Origin: Scenedesmus sp. PABB004
Taxonomy: Eukaryota
DNA: 64,000 nucleotides
Direction of reading: 5' to 3'
Assembly (NCBI GenBank): GCA_014905635.1
Contig: CM026547.1
Location: 2,604,001-2,668,000, forward strand
The notes beneath the pieces are model-generated. The model was not told the origin of the DNA. It saw nothing but the letters and a program-made list of their open reading frames with translations, and made no database searches. Positions 12,732 through 23,531 of the stretch are shown piece by piece; positions within the stretch are counted from its first letter, which is position 1, and each line of letters starts with the position of its first letter. The translations under genes and the position numbers were made by a program.

Positions 12732-13218
12732 GGCGGCGCCGCGGCGCGACGCAGCGCCGCGCGGAGACGGCAGCGGCGGAGGTCGCCGCCGCTGCTGCTG
12801 TTGCGCTGCCTGGGCGGCTGCCTGACAGAGGTGCCTGGCGGCGCTGTCAGCTGGCAGGCGCGCCGCGGCCGTGCGGCAGGCACCGGCGGCGCGCGGCGGT
12901 TGCGCAGCAGCGGCGCGGCGGGCGCCGGTGTGGCAGGAGAGCAGGGCTGCACGCGGAGGTGGGGACGGCCACTGGCGCACTGCCGAGATTGCTGGCGTGA
13001 AGTGGGAGGGATCAGCGCCGTGGCCCGCGGCACAAGGATTGCTCCGCAGAGCCCGAGCTGCCGCGCCCGCTGCTCGCCCCGCCCGCCCCTGCGTCAGTGC
13101 TGCCGCGTCGGGCCACTGGAGAGCAGCGCGGTGTGGCCCGCCAACACACCGGCGCAGCAGCAGCGGCGGCGGCGCCCGCGCTGCGCGTCCTCCTCGACCG
13201 GGGGGCCAGGGCGCCGCC

Positions 13219-16200
13219 ATGGCTCCCACCGACATGTCCGACGCCCTGCGTCCCAGCCGCACGCGGCGAGGCATCAGGGCGGGGGCCGCGGCAGACGGCG
13301 GCGCCGCGAGCGCTGCGGCCGCGGCCGCGTCTGCAGCAGACGCGGACGCGGAGGCCGAGGCGCTCATCGGCGTGGGCCTGCAGCCCCGCGAGCTCAACAA
13401 GCTCGAGATGCAGCGCTTTGGGGGGCGCATAGCGGACTACAAGCAGGCCCGGTGCGGCGCGGGGGACGGCGCTGCTGCGCGCAGGCGCCCGCCGCGCGCC
13501 CGCGGCGCACGAAGGTCTGCCGCCGCGCCCCCGCCGCAGGAGCAAGATCGTGCAGCAGTGGTGGCAGGACTGCGCCCGGCCCGTGAGCCTGCGCGCGCTG
13601 CTGGCCGCCGCGGACGACGGCGCGCTGGACATCACGCGCGAGGCGTTCTTCTTCTTGCAGGAAAACGGCTACATCAATTTTGGCGTGCTGCCGCCCGGTG
13701 CGGCGGCGCCTGCGCGCCCGTGCGGCGGCGGGGCGGCGCGGCTGCGGCGCGGCGCGGCGCGGCAGCGGCCGGACCGCGTTGCGCCGCCCGCCCGCGTGCG
13801 CCGCAGAGGTGCCGTTTGACGAGGCCGCCGCGCTCGCCGCGGCCGAGGCGGCCGCCGCGGCCGCGCCGACGGAGGACGAGAAGGCGGTCGTGTTCAAGCT
13901 CTACGAGCTGCTGCGCGCGGCAGACATGAACGTGCGCGCCTCGCTGCGCGCCTCGCTGCGCGCCCCGCGCGCCTCGCTGCTCGCGCCGGCCTGCGCGCGC
14001 GGGCGCGCTCCCACTCGCCGCCGCGGCGCCGGCGTCGGCGCGCCGCAGACCACGTCGGAGAAGGCGATCCGCAAGGAGCTGCAGACACACTTCACGGCGA
14101 GCATCAACAAGGCACTCGTCAAGACACACGTGCGCGCCGCGCGCCGCTTGGGCCGCCGCTGCCGCCGCGTGCGGGCGCGCACGCGGCAGCCGCCGGCAGC
14201 CCCCGCGCGCCGCCGCCGACGCCGGCGCCGCTGCCGCCGCCTCTGCGTCGCGCAGGTGAACTACTTTGTGCAGCACCTGGAGCGCAAGGACACGCTGCAG
14301 CCGCTGGGCTACGAGGGCGAGGCCGACCCGGCGGCCGACGCCGAGGCGTGCGCGCAGCGCGCCAAGGCGGCAGCCGCCGCCGCCGCGGCCAAGCGCGCGG
14401 CGGCGGCCGAGCCGCCGCCCAAGCCGGCGGGGCGCGTCATCGTCGTGGGCGCGGGGCCGGCGGGCCTCGCGGCGGCCACGCTGCTGCAGGTGTGAGGCGC
14501 GCGCGGCGGTTGGCGGACGCGCTCGGGCGCTGCGTGCAACCCTCTGCGCTCGCCCACCCACCCGCCCGCCCACCCGCAGCGCAACGGCGTGGAGGTGGTG
14601 GTGCTCGAGGCGCGCGAGCGCGTGGGCGGGCGCGTGCACTCGCACACGGGAGACTTTGCCGCGCCGGTTGACCTCGGCGCGTCGCTCGTCGCCGGCACCG
14701 CGCCCGACACGCACGAGGGGCTGGCGCCGGACCCCGTGACCGTGGTGCTGCGGCAGCTGGGCATCCAGCTGCACACTCTGGACGAGCGGCTGCCCATCTA
14801 CGACGCCACGGGGCGCCTGGTGCCGCCGGAGCTCGACACGGCGGTGGACAGGTGGGGCGCGCGGCGCGGCGTGGCGGCGCCGGCAGCGCCACGGCGGCGC
14901 AGCGTCCCGTGAGCCGGCTGGCTGCCTGCTGCGGACGGCGCCTTGCTGAGCCCTCGCCCGCGCCCGCCGCCGCCGCCGCCACCAGGCTGCGTGACGACCT
15001 GATGGATGCAGCGCAACGGGAGGCGGACGGCGACCCCGCTGCGGCAGCGACGCAGTCGCTGGGCGCTGCGCTGGAGCGGGCGCTGGAGCAGCGCATGCGG
15101 CCGCCGCAGGCGCCGCCGCCTGCGAACGAGCAGCAGCCAGAGCCGAAGCAGGAGCCGGAGCAGCAGCCGCCGGAGCAGCAGCCGGAGCAGCCGCTGGAGC
15201 AGCCGCAGCCGGAGCAGCCGGAGCAGCCGGCGCAGCAGCTGCCAGAGCAGGAGCAGCCGGCGGTCAAGCAAGAGCAGGCGGCAGGCGCGGCCCAGCAGCC
15301 GGGCGCGGATGCGGCGGCGCCCGCCGAGGGCGCTGGCGAGGTCAAGCTGGAGCCCAAGCCAGAGGCGGAGCCAGCCGCGGAGCAGCCCAAGGCCGAGGGC
15401 GCTGCCGGCGCCGGCGCCGCGGCCGCCGCGGAGGGGGCCGGCGGCGAGGCGCGGCCGCCCGCGGCGGCGCCGCCCACGCCCGAGATGCTGGAGCTGCTCG
15501 ACTGGCACTGGGCCAACCTGGAGTATGGCTGCAGCGCGCCGCTGTCGGCGGTCTCGCTGCCCAACTGGCATCAGGACGAGGAGTGGATGGGCTTTGGCGG
15601 CCCGCACGCGATGGTCGTGGGCGGCTTTGGCCAGGCCATGCGGGGGCTCGCCGACCAGCTCGGCCCCGCGCTGCGCCTCGGCGCCGTCGTGCGGCGCGTC
15701 GAGTATGACGCCGACGGCGGCGGCGGCGGCGACGCGGCGCCGGGCGGCGACGCAACCGCGCAGGCGGAGCGGCCGCCCGCGGTCCGGGTGACGCTCGCGA
15801 GCGGCGAGGTGCTGGGCGGCGCGCTCGTGCTCGTCACGGTGCCGCTCGGCGTGCTCAAGGCCGGCGCCGTCGCGTTTGAGCCGCCGCTGCCCGAGTGGAA
15901 GGCCGCCGCGGTGGACCGGCTGGGCTTTGGGCACCTCAACAAGGTCGTCCTGCAGGTGAGGCCCGGCGCGGGTCGCAGCGCGCGCGCGGGCGGGCGGGCA
16001 GGGGTCGCAGGCGAGCCGCGCCGGCCGCCGGCGAGCCGCGGCGGCCGCCGGCGCGCACGCGCGCGCGCGCCTGGGGCGCCACCCCTCCCCTCCCACGCCT
16101 CCTGCGCGCCCCTCCCGCGCGCCCCAGTTCCCGTCTGTCTTCTGGGACTCGCAGCCCGACTTTTTCGGCGTCACCCAGCCCGGCGGCGCGGGCGGGCGGG

Positions 16201-18851
16201 GGCGGGGGTTTATGTTTTGGAACCTAGCCGCCTTCAACGACGGCGCGCCGCTGCTCACGAGCCTCGTCTCGGGCGAGGCCGCGCGCGCGGCGGAGGGCGA
16301 GAGCGAGGCCGAGCTGCGCGACCACGTGATGCAGGTGCGCGCGCGCGGGCCCGCGCCGCGCGCGCGCCCCCCTCCAGGCGCGGCGGCCCCCGCCCGACGG
16401 CGCCCCGCGCCGCGCCGCGCCGCAGGCGCTGCGCCGCGTGTTTGGCGCGTCGGTGCCGGAGCCGGAGGCCGTGCACGTCACGCGCTGGGGCTGCGAGGAG
16501 TTCAGCCGCGGCAGCTACAGCTACGTCGCGGTCGGCGCGAGCGGCGCCGACTACTACCTCCTCTCCCGGCCGGTCGCGTCGCGCGTGCTGTTTGCGGGCG
16601 AGCACACGTGCAGGGAGCACCCCGACACCGTGGGCGGCGCGATGCTGTCGGGCATGCGCGAGGCGACGCACGCGCTCAACCTGCTGCGCGGCGCCGACGG
16701 CCGCAGCGCGGCGGAGCTCGTCGGCGCGCGCACGCAGACGCTCAGCCGCGCGGACAAGCGCAAGCGCGAGGGTGAGCCGCGGCCGGCGCGCGTGCGTGCA
16801 TGTGTGTGTGTGGGGGGGGGGGGGGGGGGGGGGCGATGCTTGCGTACCAGCCGGGCCCGGCGGCCGGCCCGCGAGCAGCCCTCCCTGACTTGCGTCTGCG
16901 TGCGCGCGCAGAGGACGAGGCCGGCGGCAACTCCGACGACGCGTCCGAGGAGCGGCGGCGGCGCAAGGCGCACAAGGCGCGGCGGAAGGACAAGAGCCGG
17001 CGCAAGGAGGCCAAGGAGCACAAGGACGAGCGCACGCAGCGCGACAGCGACGGCAAGCAGCGCGCGGGGGCGCGGGGGCGCGCTCGGCGCGGTCGCGGTC
17101 CGTCAGCGGCCGGGGCAGCCGCCCGCGCCGCTCATGCCGCCGCCGCCGCCGCCGCCCCTGCCGCCGCCCGTGCCGCAGGCGGGCGCCGCGGCGGCGGCGG
17201 CGGCGCACGCGAGCGCCGCCTCGCGGGCGAGCTGCCGGCGGACGCGGAGGCGCGCGCCGCGGCGCGGGAGCACTACAGGGACACCGTCACGCTACTCTGG
17301 CGTGGCCTGCTGGACGCGCAGTCGGGCGAGGTGGAGGTGCGCTGCTGCGGCCGCTGGGCGGGGCAGGCGGGCGAGGGGAGGGGCTGCCGGCGCTGCCCAC
17401 CGCGCTGGCGGCGCGCCTCGCGCCCTGCTCTGGGGGCTGCAGCGCCCGCGCCGTGCCGCCGCCGGCCGCGCCGCAGACCGTGAACGACGTGCTGGCCGGC
17501 TGCGACAGCCTCGACGCGCGGCAGCAGTGCATGGCCGCCGTCATGCGCGCGTCGCCCGAGGTGCGCAGCAGCCCCGCCGGCGCAGCGGCGCGGCGCAGCG
17601 GACGCAGCAGCCGCTGACCGCCGCCGCCCGCCGCCCACCGGCGCCCTGTCCGCCCGCGCCGCGCCAGGCGTTTGCACACCTGTCGCGCAGCGCCAAGTTC
17701 CTCGGCACCCTGCGCGAGTGGCTGGCGGAGCTGCTGCCGGAGCGCTCCGACGCCAACCAGCACGTGCTCATCAGGGTGCTGGAGCTGCTCGCCAAGCTCA
17801 CGCCCGCCTGCGCCGCGCTGAGCAGCAGCGGGCTGCTGGAGTCCATCAAGGCCGCCGAGGCGCACCGCAGCCGCGAGGTGGCGGCGCGCGCGGCGCCGGT
17901 GCGCAAGGCGTGGCTGGCGCTAAACCCCAGCAAGCCCAAGCCGCCGGGGCGCCCGGCGACGTCTGGGCCGGCGCGGCCGAGCGTGCTCGGCGGCGGGTCG
18001 CGGCCGGCCACCCGGGCGCGGCGTCCGCCCGCAAGCAGCCGCCGCCCGCGGCCGGCGGCGCGGCGGGCAGCAGCGGCGGCAGCAGCGGCGGCGGCGGCGG
18101 CGACGGCGGCGCGGAGCGTGCCGTCGACGTCGACATGCTGCCGCCGGACGAGCGCGAGGCGCTGGAGGCGACGCAGGCGGCGGTGCGCGAGGCGCAGGCG
18201 CAGGCCGACGCCGCGGCGGCGCAGCTGGCGGCGCTGCAGCAGGCGCTGCCGGGCGCGGTGTTGGGCGGCAGCGCGCGCGTCGCGACCTTTGGGGAGTACA
18301 AGCGCGGCGCCAAGCGCGTGGCGCGGGACGCCGAGGAGGAGGCGGCGGAGCTGGCGGCCGCCGAGGCGGCGGCCAAGCGCCGTAAGCCCGGCGCCGCCCC
18401 GGGCGAGCCGGGTGACGCCGCCGTGGCGCCGCAGCAGCAGCCGCGCGAGGGCGGCGGCGGCAAGGACGCGGCGGCCAAGGAGCTGCAGAAGTTCATCAAG
18501 GTGCGCCGGGCGGGCTGCCTGCCCGGGCGGCGAGTGCGGGCGCGTGGCTGCCCGGGGCGCGCGGTCGGCGGCGCGCCAGCGCAGCGCCGCCGCGCCGCTG
18601 ACGCCCGCGCGCGCCCGCCGGCGCGGGCGCAGGCGCGGCTGAAGCCCCACTTCCAGGCCAAGGCGGTGGACAGCGAGGGCTGCAAGTGGGTGCTCGCGCG
18701 CGTGACCGAGAAGGTGCTCGCCGCCGGCGCGGGCGCGGACGGCTCCGCGGACGGCCTGCTCGCGGGCAAGCGCGCCGCCAAGGTGGGCGCGCTCATCGAC
18801 TCCTACGTGGCCAAGCGCAAGGCCAGCGCCGCAAAGGCCGGCAAGCCCTAG
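13219..18851 (+). CDS. LDL3: LSD1-family lysine-specific histone demethylase, LDL3-like (SWIRM, amine oxidase, TFIIS-N-like, SRI-like); apparent -1 frameshift near 18012
   Basis: SWIRM AFFFLQENGYINFG; GAGPAGLAAA and LEARERVGGRV; LDWHWANLEYGC; GFGHLNKVVL; SRGSYS; FAGEHT..HPDTVGGA..SG; C-terminal LKPHFQAKAVDSEGCKWVLARVTEKV. Confidence 0.9.
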
Positions 18852-18940
18852 ACCGGGCGCGTCGGCGCCGCGCTGGCCTCACACAGCGAGGCCTGTCCTG
18901 GGTCAAGGCGCTCCAGCTCGCGTGCGCACGCGCGTGAGCG

Positions 18941-20337
18941 TTAACGTGCCGTGAGCCACGCCGGCAGGCCGCGCGCGTCCTCATCCAGCGCCGCCACGAG
19001 CACGCGGTCCAGCACGCTCAGCGGGTGCGCGCCGGGCCACGCCTGAAGCGTCGTGACCGCCGCGCGGCGCCAGCCCAGCACGGCGTCGGCGTCCCCCGCG
19101 GTGGCGTCGTCGTGCAGCAGCGGTCCCCGCCGGAGGACGAACGACGCGGGCGGCTGCTGCCGCGCCTGCTCTTGGTCCCCCTCGCGCGCCCACGGGCGGC
19201 TGGCCGCCGCCACAGCCTCGCTGTTGTCCTGGGCGACAAACCCGCCGCTCTCCAGCGGCGCGCGCCAGCTGGCGCTGGGCAAGCTGCGGCCGTAGAGGTC
19301 GGCGCTGCTGCGCCGCCAGCTCACGTCGCCGCCGCCGCCGGCCGACTCCACCTGGTGACAGGGCCACAGCACGCCCGGCCGCGTGCTCGCAAACAGGCCG
19401 CCGCCGCCGCCGCCGCCGCTGCTGCCCTGCCAGGTGGGCGGGACGTTGAGGCACAGCAATAGGTCCCCGTCTGCAAACGCCCGGCGCAGCACCTCACGCT
19501 CGGCGGCGGCATCGCTGGTGGCGCCGCTGCTGGTGGCGCCGCCGCGCCCAGACCAGCTGCCGTCGTCGCCGAGCGCCCAGCAGTCGCGCCCCTGCAACGG
19601 CCCGCCGCGCCCGTCGCGCTGCTGCGCCGGCAGCGGCAGCTCTTTCCCCAGCGCCCACCTCCCCGCCTCTGCAAAGGGAAAGTGTGCACGAGGCAGGTTG
19701 GCGGGCCGGGGCCACGTGCTGCCCGGCGCGTCGCGCAGGCAGGCCAGCGCAGCGCCGACCAGCTGCGCGGCCGCCTCCTCCGCCGGCTGCAGCGGCGCCG
19801 CGGGCGACGGCGTCGCCAGGGACGCCGCGACCGCCGGCAGGCCCAGCTGTGCGGCGACACGCGCGACGGCGACGGCGGGGCTCGACTGCACGTCGGCCGC
19901 GAGCGCGGGCCCGCGGTGCACGCCGACAAGCGCGAGCACCGGCGCCAGGCCGAGCGCCGCGAGCAGCCCGGCCTTTGGGTCGGCGGCTGCCAGCACGCAG
20001 TCGGCGGCGGTGGCGCCGCCGCCCAGCGCGTAGACGCCGCGCTGGCCGCTCGGGTCGGGCAGGAGCCGCAGCTCGGCGTCGAAGCTCAGCGCATCGGCGG
20101 CCGCCGCCGCGCTGGGGGCGCGGTCGGGCGACAGGACGACAGCCTCAATGCCGCACACCTCCCGCACCTGCGGGCCGGTTGTGTTGCTCCTGAGCGGCCG
20201 GCGTGCGCACGCCGGCAGTGCTGCCGCGCAGTGCTGCCGCCGCGCTGCCGCCGCACCCGCGCCGCCAGCGCTGCGGACGGCTCGCCCGCGGGGTGAGTGA
20301 TGAGAACGCACGGTCGAGACGCACGAGCGCACGTCAT
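18941..20337 (-). CDS. SurE-fold protein with degenerate catalytic motifs (2 exons)
   Basis: Exon 1 MTCARASRPCVLITHPAG; exon 2 VYALGGGATAADCVLAA..PVLALVGVHRGPALAADVQSSPAVAVAR..GLPAVAASL..LCLNVP..AVTTL follows SurE motif order. The start could be further upstream. Confidence 0.65.
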
Positions 20338-20552
20338 CCCGGCCCTTTCGTGGCTGGCTGGCGCGCGGCGGCGAGTGCAGCGGCGGGCGCACGCTGCACT
20401 GCCCGCCGCCGCGTGCATCACTGCTGGGCCGGCGGCACCGCAGCTGGGAGGCGTGGGAGGGCAACGGGATAGTGGAGCAGCGGCGGACGGTTCACACCAC
20501 CGCGGGCCGCCGCCCGCGGCTGAGCGCGCTGGCGGCCGCAGAACCCGCGCCG

Positions 20553-20745
20553 TCACGGCCGCACGCCGCGGCTGGCCTCAAGTCCCATGAGCCGCTGCAG
20601 CAGGCCCTCCAGCTTGGCCTCCTGCACGGGGTCCACACCCGGCAGCCCGCCGCCGCTGTCGAGGCCGCCGCCGCCGCTGCGGCCTGCGGCCGCGCGGCCT
20701 GGCGGCTCCGCTGCGCCGCCGCGCCACGGCCCCGCCAGTCGGTGC

Positions 20746-20812
<67 letters not shown>

Positions 20813-21645
20813 CCCGCCCGCCTTGCCGCCCCTGCCACTGCGCGGCGGCGGCGGTGCGAGGCGGGAGTGGCTCCGGGTCGCCGCGGGCCGCGCGCGCCTG
20901 CGCGCGCGTGCCCGCGCCTTGTCGCGCCGCCGCGCCGCGCCGCCGCGGCGAGCCGCACCTGCAGGAAGGAGCGCGCCTGCAGGGCCGCCATGTCGGCGTC
21001 GACCGCGGCGTCGGTCGCGTCGTGCGGCGCGCAGGGCATGACGTCACCCACGTACTCGTCGCCAAACCACTTGCCCTCCTCGGCCGCGACCGCGCCGCCG
21101 GGCGCCTTCCAGATGCGCGTGCCGCAGCCCTGCATGCGCCCGCGGTGCCAGTCCCCGCGGTACACCCTGCGCCAGAGGGATGGAGCGCGCGTCGCGCCGC
21201 CCAGGGTCGGCGGCCCCCAGCTCGGGGCGCGGCGGCCGCGCTGCGCAGCGCCGCTGGCGTGCGCGCGCGCGCCGCTCACATGCCGCTGCTCCAGACGTAC
21301 ACGCCCGCGCCGTGCATGGCGCCGTCCTCAAACGTACCCTCGTACCTGCGCCGCGCGGTTGAGGCACGCGGCGCACCGTCCTGCGCCTGCGCAGGCGCGG
21401 TGCGGGGCCCCCGGCCGCCAGCCGCGCACCTGTCCTTGTTGGCAAAGGTCAGCACGCCGTGCGAGTGCGGGCGGCCGTCGCGGGTGAGGCCGTCGTAGCT
21501 GCGGCGCGGCGGCCGGCGGCGTGGCGGGCACGCACTGCAGACGCCGCGGTCCAGCCTGCCCAGCGCGGCGCGGCGCGCACGTGGTGCCGTCTCTCCAGGA
21601 CAAGGAGGACCACGCCAGGCCGCCGTCGCCGCCCTGCTCCGCCAT
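20553..21645 (-). CDS. MORN-repeat protein resembling part of TIC100, with polyQ tail (5 exons)
   Basis: YDGLTRDGRPHSHGVLTF, YEGTFEDGAMHGAGVYVW, YRGDWHRGRMQGCG, then C..AAVDADMAALQARSF. Confidence 0.8.
20748..20810. repeat. (CTG/CAG)n microsatellite encoding about 21 Gln
   Basis: Uninterrupted CTG run, read as polyQ in the last MORN exon. Confidence 0.9.
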
Positions 21646-22079
21646 CGCCGCCGAGCAGCAGCGCTGCTGCAGTCGCGCGGCGTGCGCGGCGTGCTGAGCG
21701 GCGCCGCCGGCGGGCTGTCCTGTGCGGGGATCTGCAGTGGGGGATCTGCTGTGGGTGCCGAGAGGGGGTTGCGCGCTCTCTAGGTGCGCACGCGCGTCGC
21801 GACGGCGCCGTCGTGCCCGCCGAGCCGCCGTGCGTCGCATGCCCTACCCCGCCCGCCGGGGCACATACAGGCCCTCACGCGCGTCCAGCCCAGCACAAAC
21901 GCCAAGCTTCGTTGCCCCAAGCCCAGCGGCCCCGCGCCCCTCAGCCGGCCTGCCGCGGCCCTCCCGCGCCGCCCGAGCCACCGCGGCTGCGCCCCCGACC
22001 GCCCGGGCCCCGGGGCTCGCCCTCCAGGCCGCTGCCTGGCCCCGGCGTGCGCTGCCGGCGGCCCTGGGCGGGCGAGGCC

Positions 22080-22507
22080 ATGCACGGGAAGAAGCGCCGC
22101 GCGGAGGTCGACCTGGACGCCGAGCGCTCCATGTACAGCAGCTTCGTGGCCGCCGCCAACTCGGTGTCCCAGCTCTACACCCAGGGCGTGCAGCAGCAGC
22201 GCCGGGCGGCAGCAGCGGCCTCGCGGGCCACGCTGGTGCGGCCCCCACGCACGCGCGGGCCTCCCGCGCCGCCCGCCAGGCCCGCTGCGGCGCTGAGCAT
22301 CCCGCCCGGTCCGCAGGAGAAGGTGCTGAGCTTCGTGCTGCGCGAGAACGCGGGCGGCGAGCACCTGTCCAAGGCGGCGCTGCTCGCGTTCCTCCAGCAC
22401 GAGTACGAGGTGCGCCGCCAGCGGCCGGCGGACCCCTGGCCCTGGCGCAGCCGCCGGGGGCGCGTGCCGGGGCGCGCCGCGCGGGCGCGCAGCACGACCG
22501 CGAATTG

Positions 22508-22538
<31 letters not shown>

Positions 22539-23044
22539 AGAACGCCAACGGCCAGGACGTGGTGGCACCGCAGCCGGCGATGCAGTTCCTGCCCTTTGGC
22601 GGCCCAGGTGGGGAGGCGCGCAGGGCAGCGCGGCACAGCGCGGCGCGGCGGCGCGCGCCCGGCTCGCGCTGTGCGGGCGCGCACGCGGCTCACGCGTGCC
22701 CGCCGCCCCACCCGCGCCCGACCATCCCCACAGCGGCGGCGGCGGCCGCGGCGGCGGGCTCGGAGGACAGCAGCGACATGCAGCCCAAGCAGCTCAGCCG
22801 CCAGGCAGCCAGCCCAGGCCTGCGCGGCCGCATGGCGGGCCTGGAGCACCAGCACGCTTCCCACCAACAGCACGACCAGCAGCACGAGCAGCAGCACCCA
22901 CACCTGCAGCAACAGCATCACCAGCTGCACGCGCAGGCCGCGGCCGACGCGATGCAGGTGCAGGCGATGGCGGCGAGCCCCTTCGCCGGTGGCGGGCACG
23001 ACCTGGGCCCGCAGCAGCTGTTCATGCCCGGCGGCATGCATTGA
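22080..23044 (+). CDS. HAPSTR1/C16orf72-like protein (plant homologs often labelled 'holocarboxylase synthetase'), 4 exons
   Basis: MHGKKRR..ERSMYSSFVAAANSVSQLYTQ..RATLEKVLSFVLRE..LLAFLQHEYE; Q/H-rich tail. Confidence 0.75.
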
Positions 23045-23331
23045 GCGGCGGCGGGGCGGGCGGCGGGCGCATGGCCTCAGGCCGGGCAGGGCGCAGCAGC
23101 AGCGGCGTGCGCCGAGGGCGTGGTGTCGCGGCACCAGCCGCCCACGCCCGCGCGCGCCCGCCGCGTGATGGGCGCGGGCTGGCGGTGCGCCGCCCGCCCG
23201 CGCCCGGATGTACCATCAGCAGCAGCGGCGGCGGGCTAGGTTTAGGCTGTGCGGCGCGTTTTCGTGGGCGCCGCGTAGAGAGCGAGGGTCCAGGTGCCGC
23301 GCTCGCGGCGGGTTTGCGGCGGCGCCGCGGG

Positions 23332-23377
23332 GCGCAGGCAACGAACAAAACCGCGCAGGCAACGAACAAAACCGCGC
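23332..23377. repeat. Intergenic direct repeat, 2 x 21 nt, A-rich (GCGCAGGCAACGAACAAAACC)
   Basis: Two adjacent copies seen upstream of the TMEM120 gene. Confidence 0.9.
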
Positions 23378-23531
23378 GGCCCACCTGCTGTCCGGGAGCC
23401 GTCTCCGTCGCAGATCAGCAGCGCCCGCGAGCGCACAGCAGGCGATCAGCAGCGCGACGCTGCCGGCGGCAGCGCCGAGCCGACCATCTCCCGCCGCCGG
23501 GCGCTGCCGTCCGTCGCCGAGCCGCCGCACA

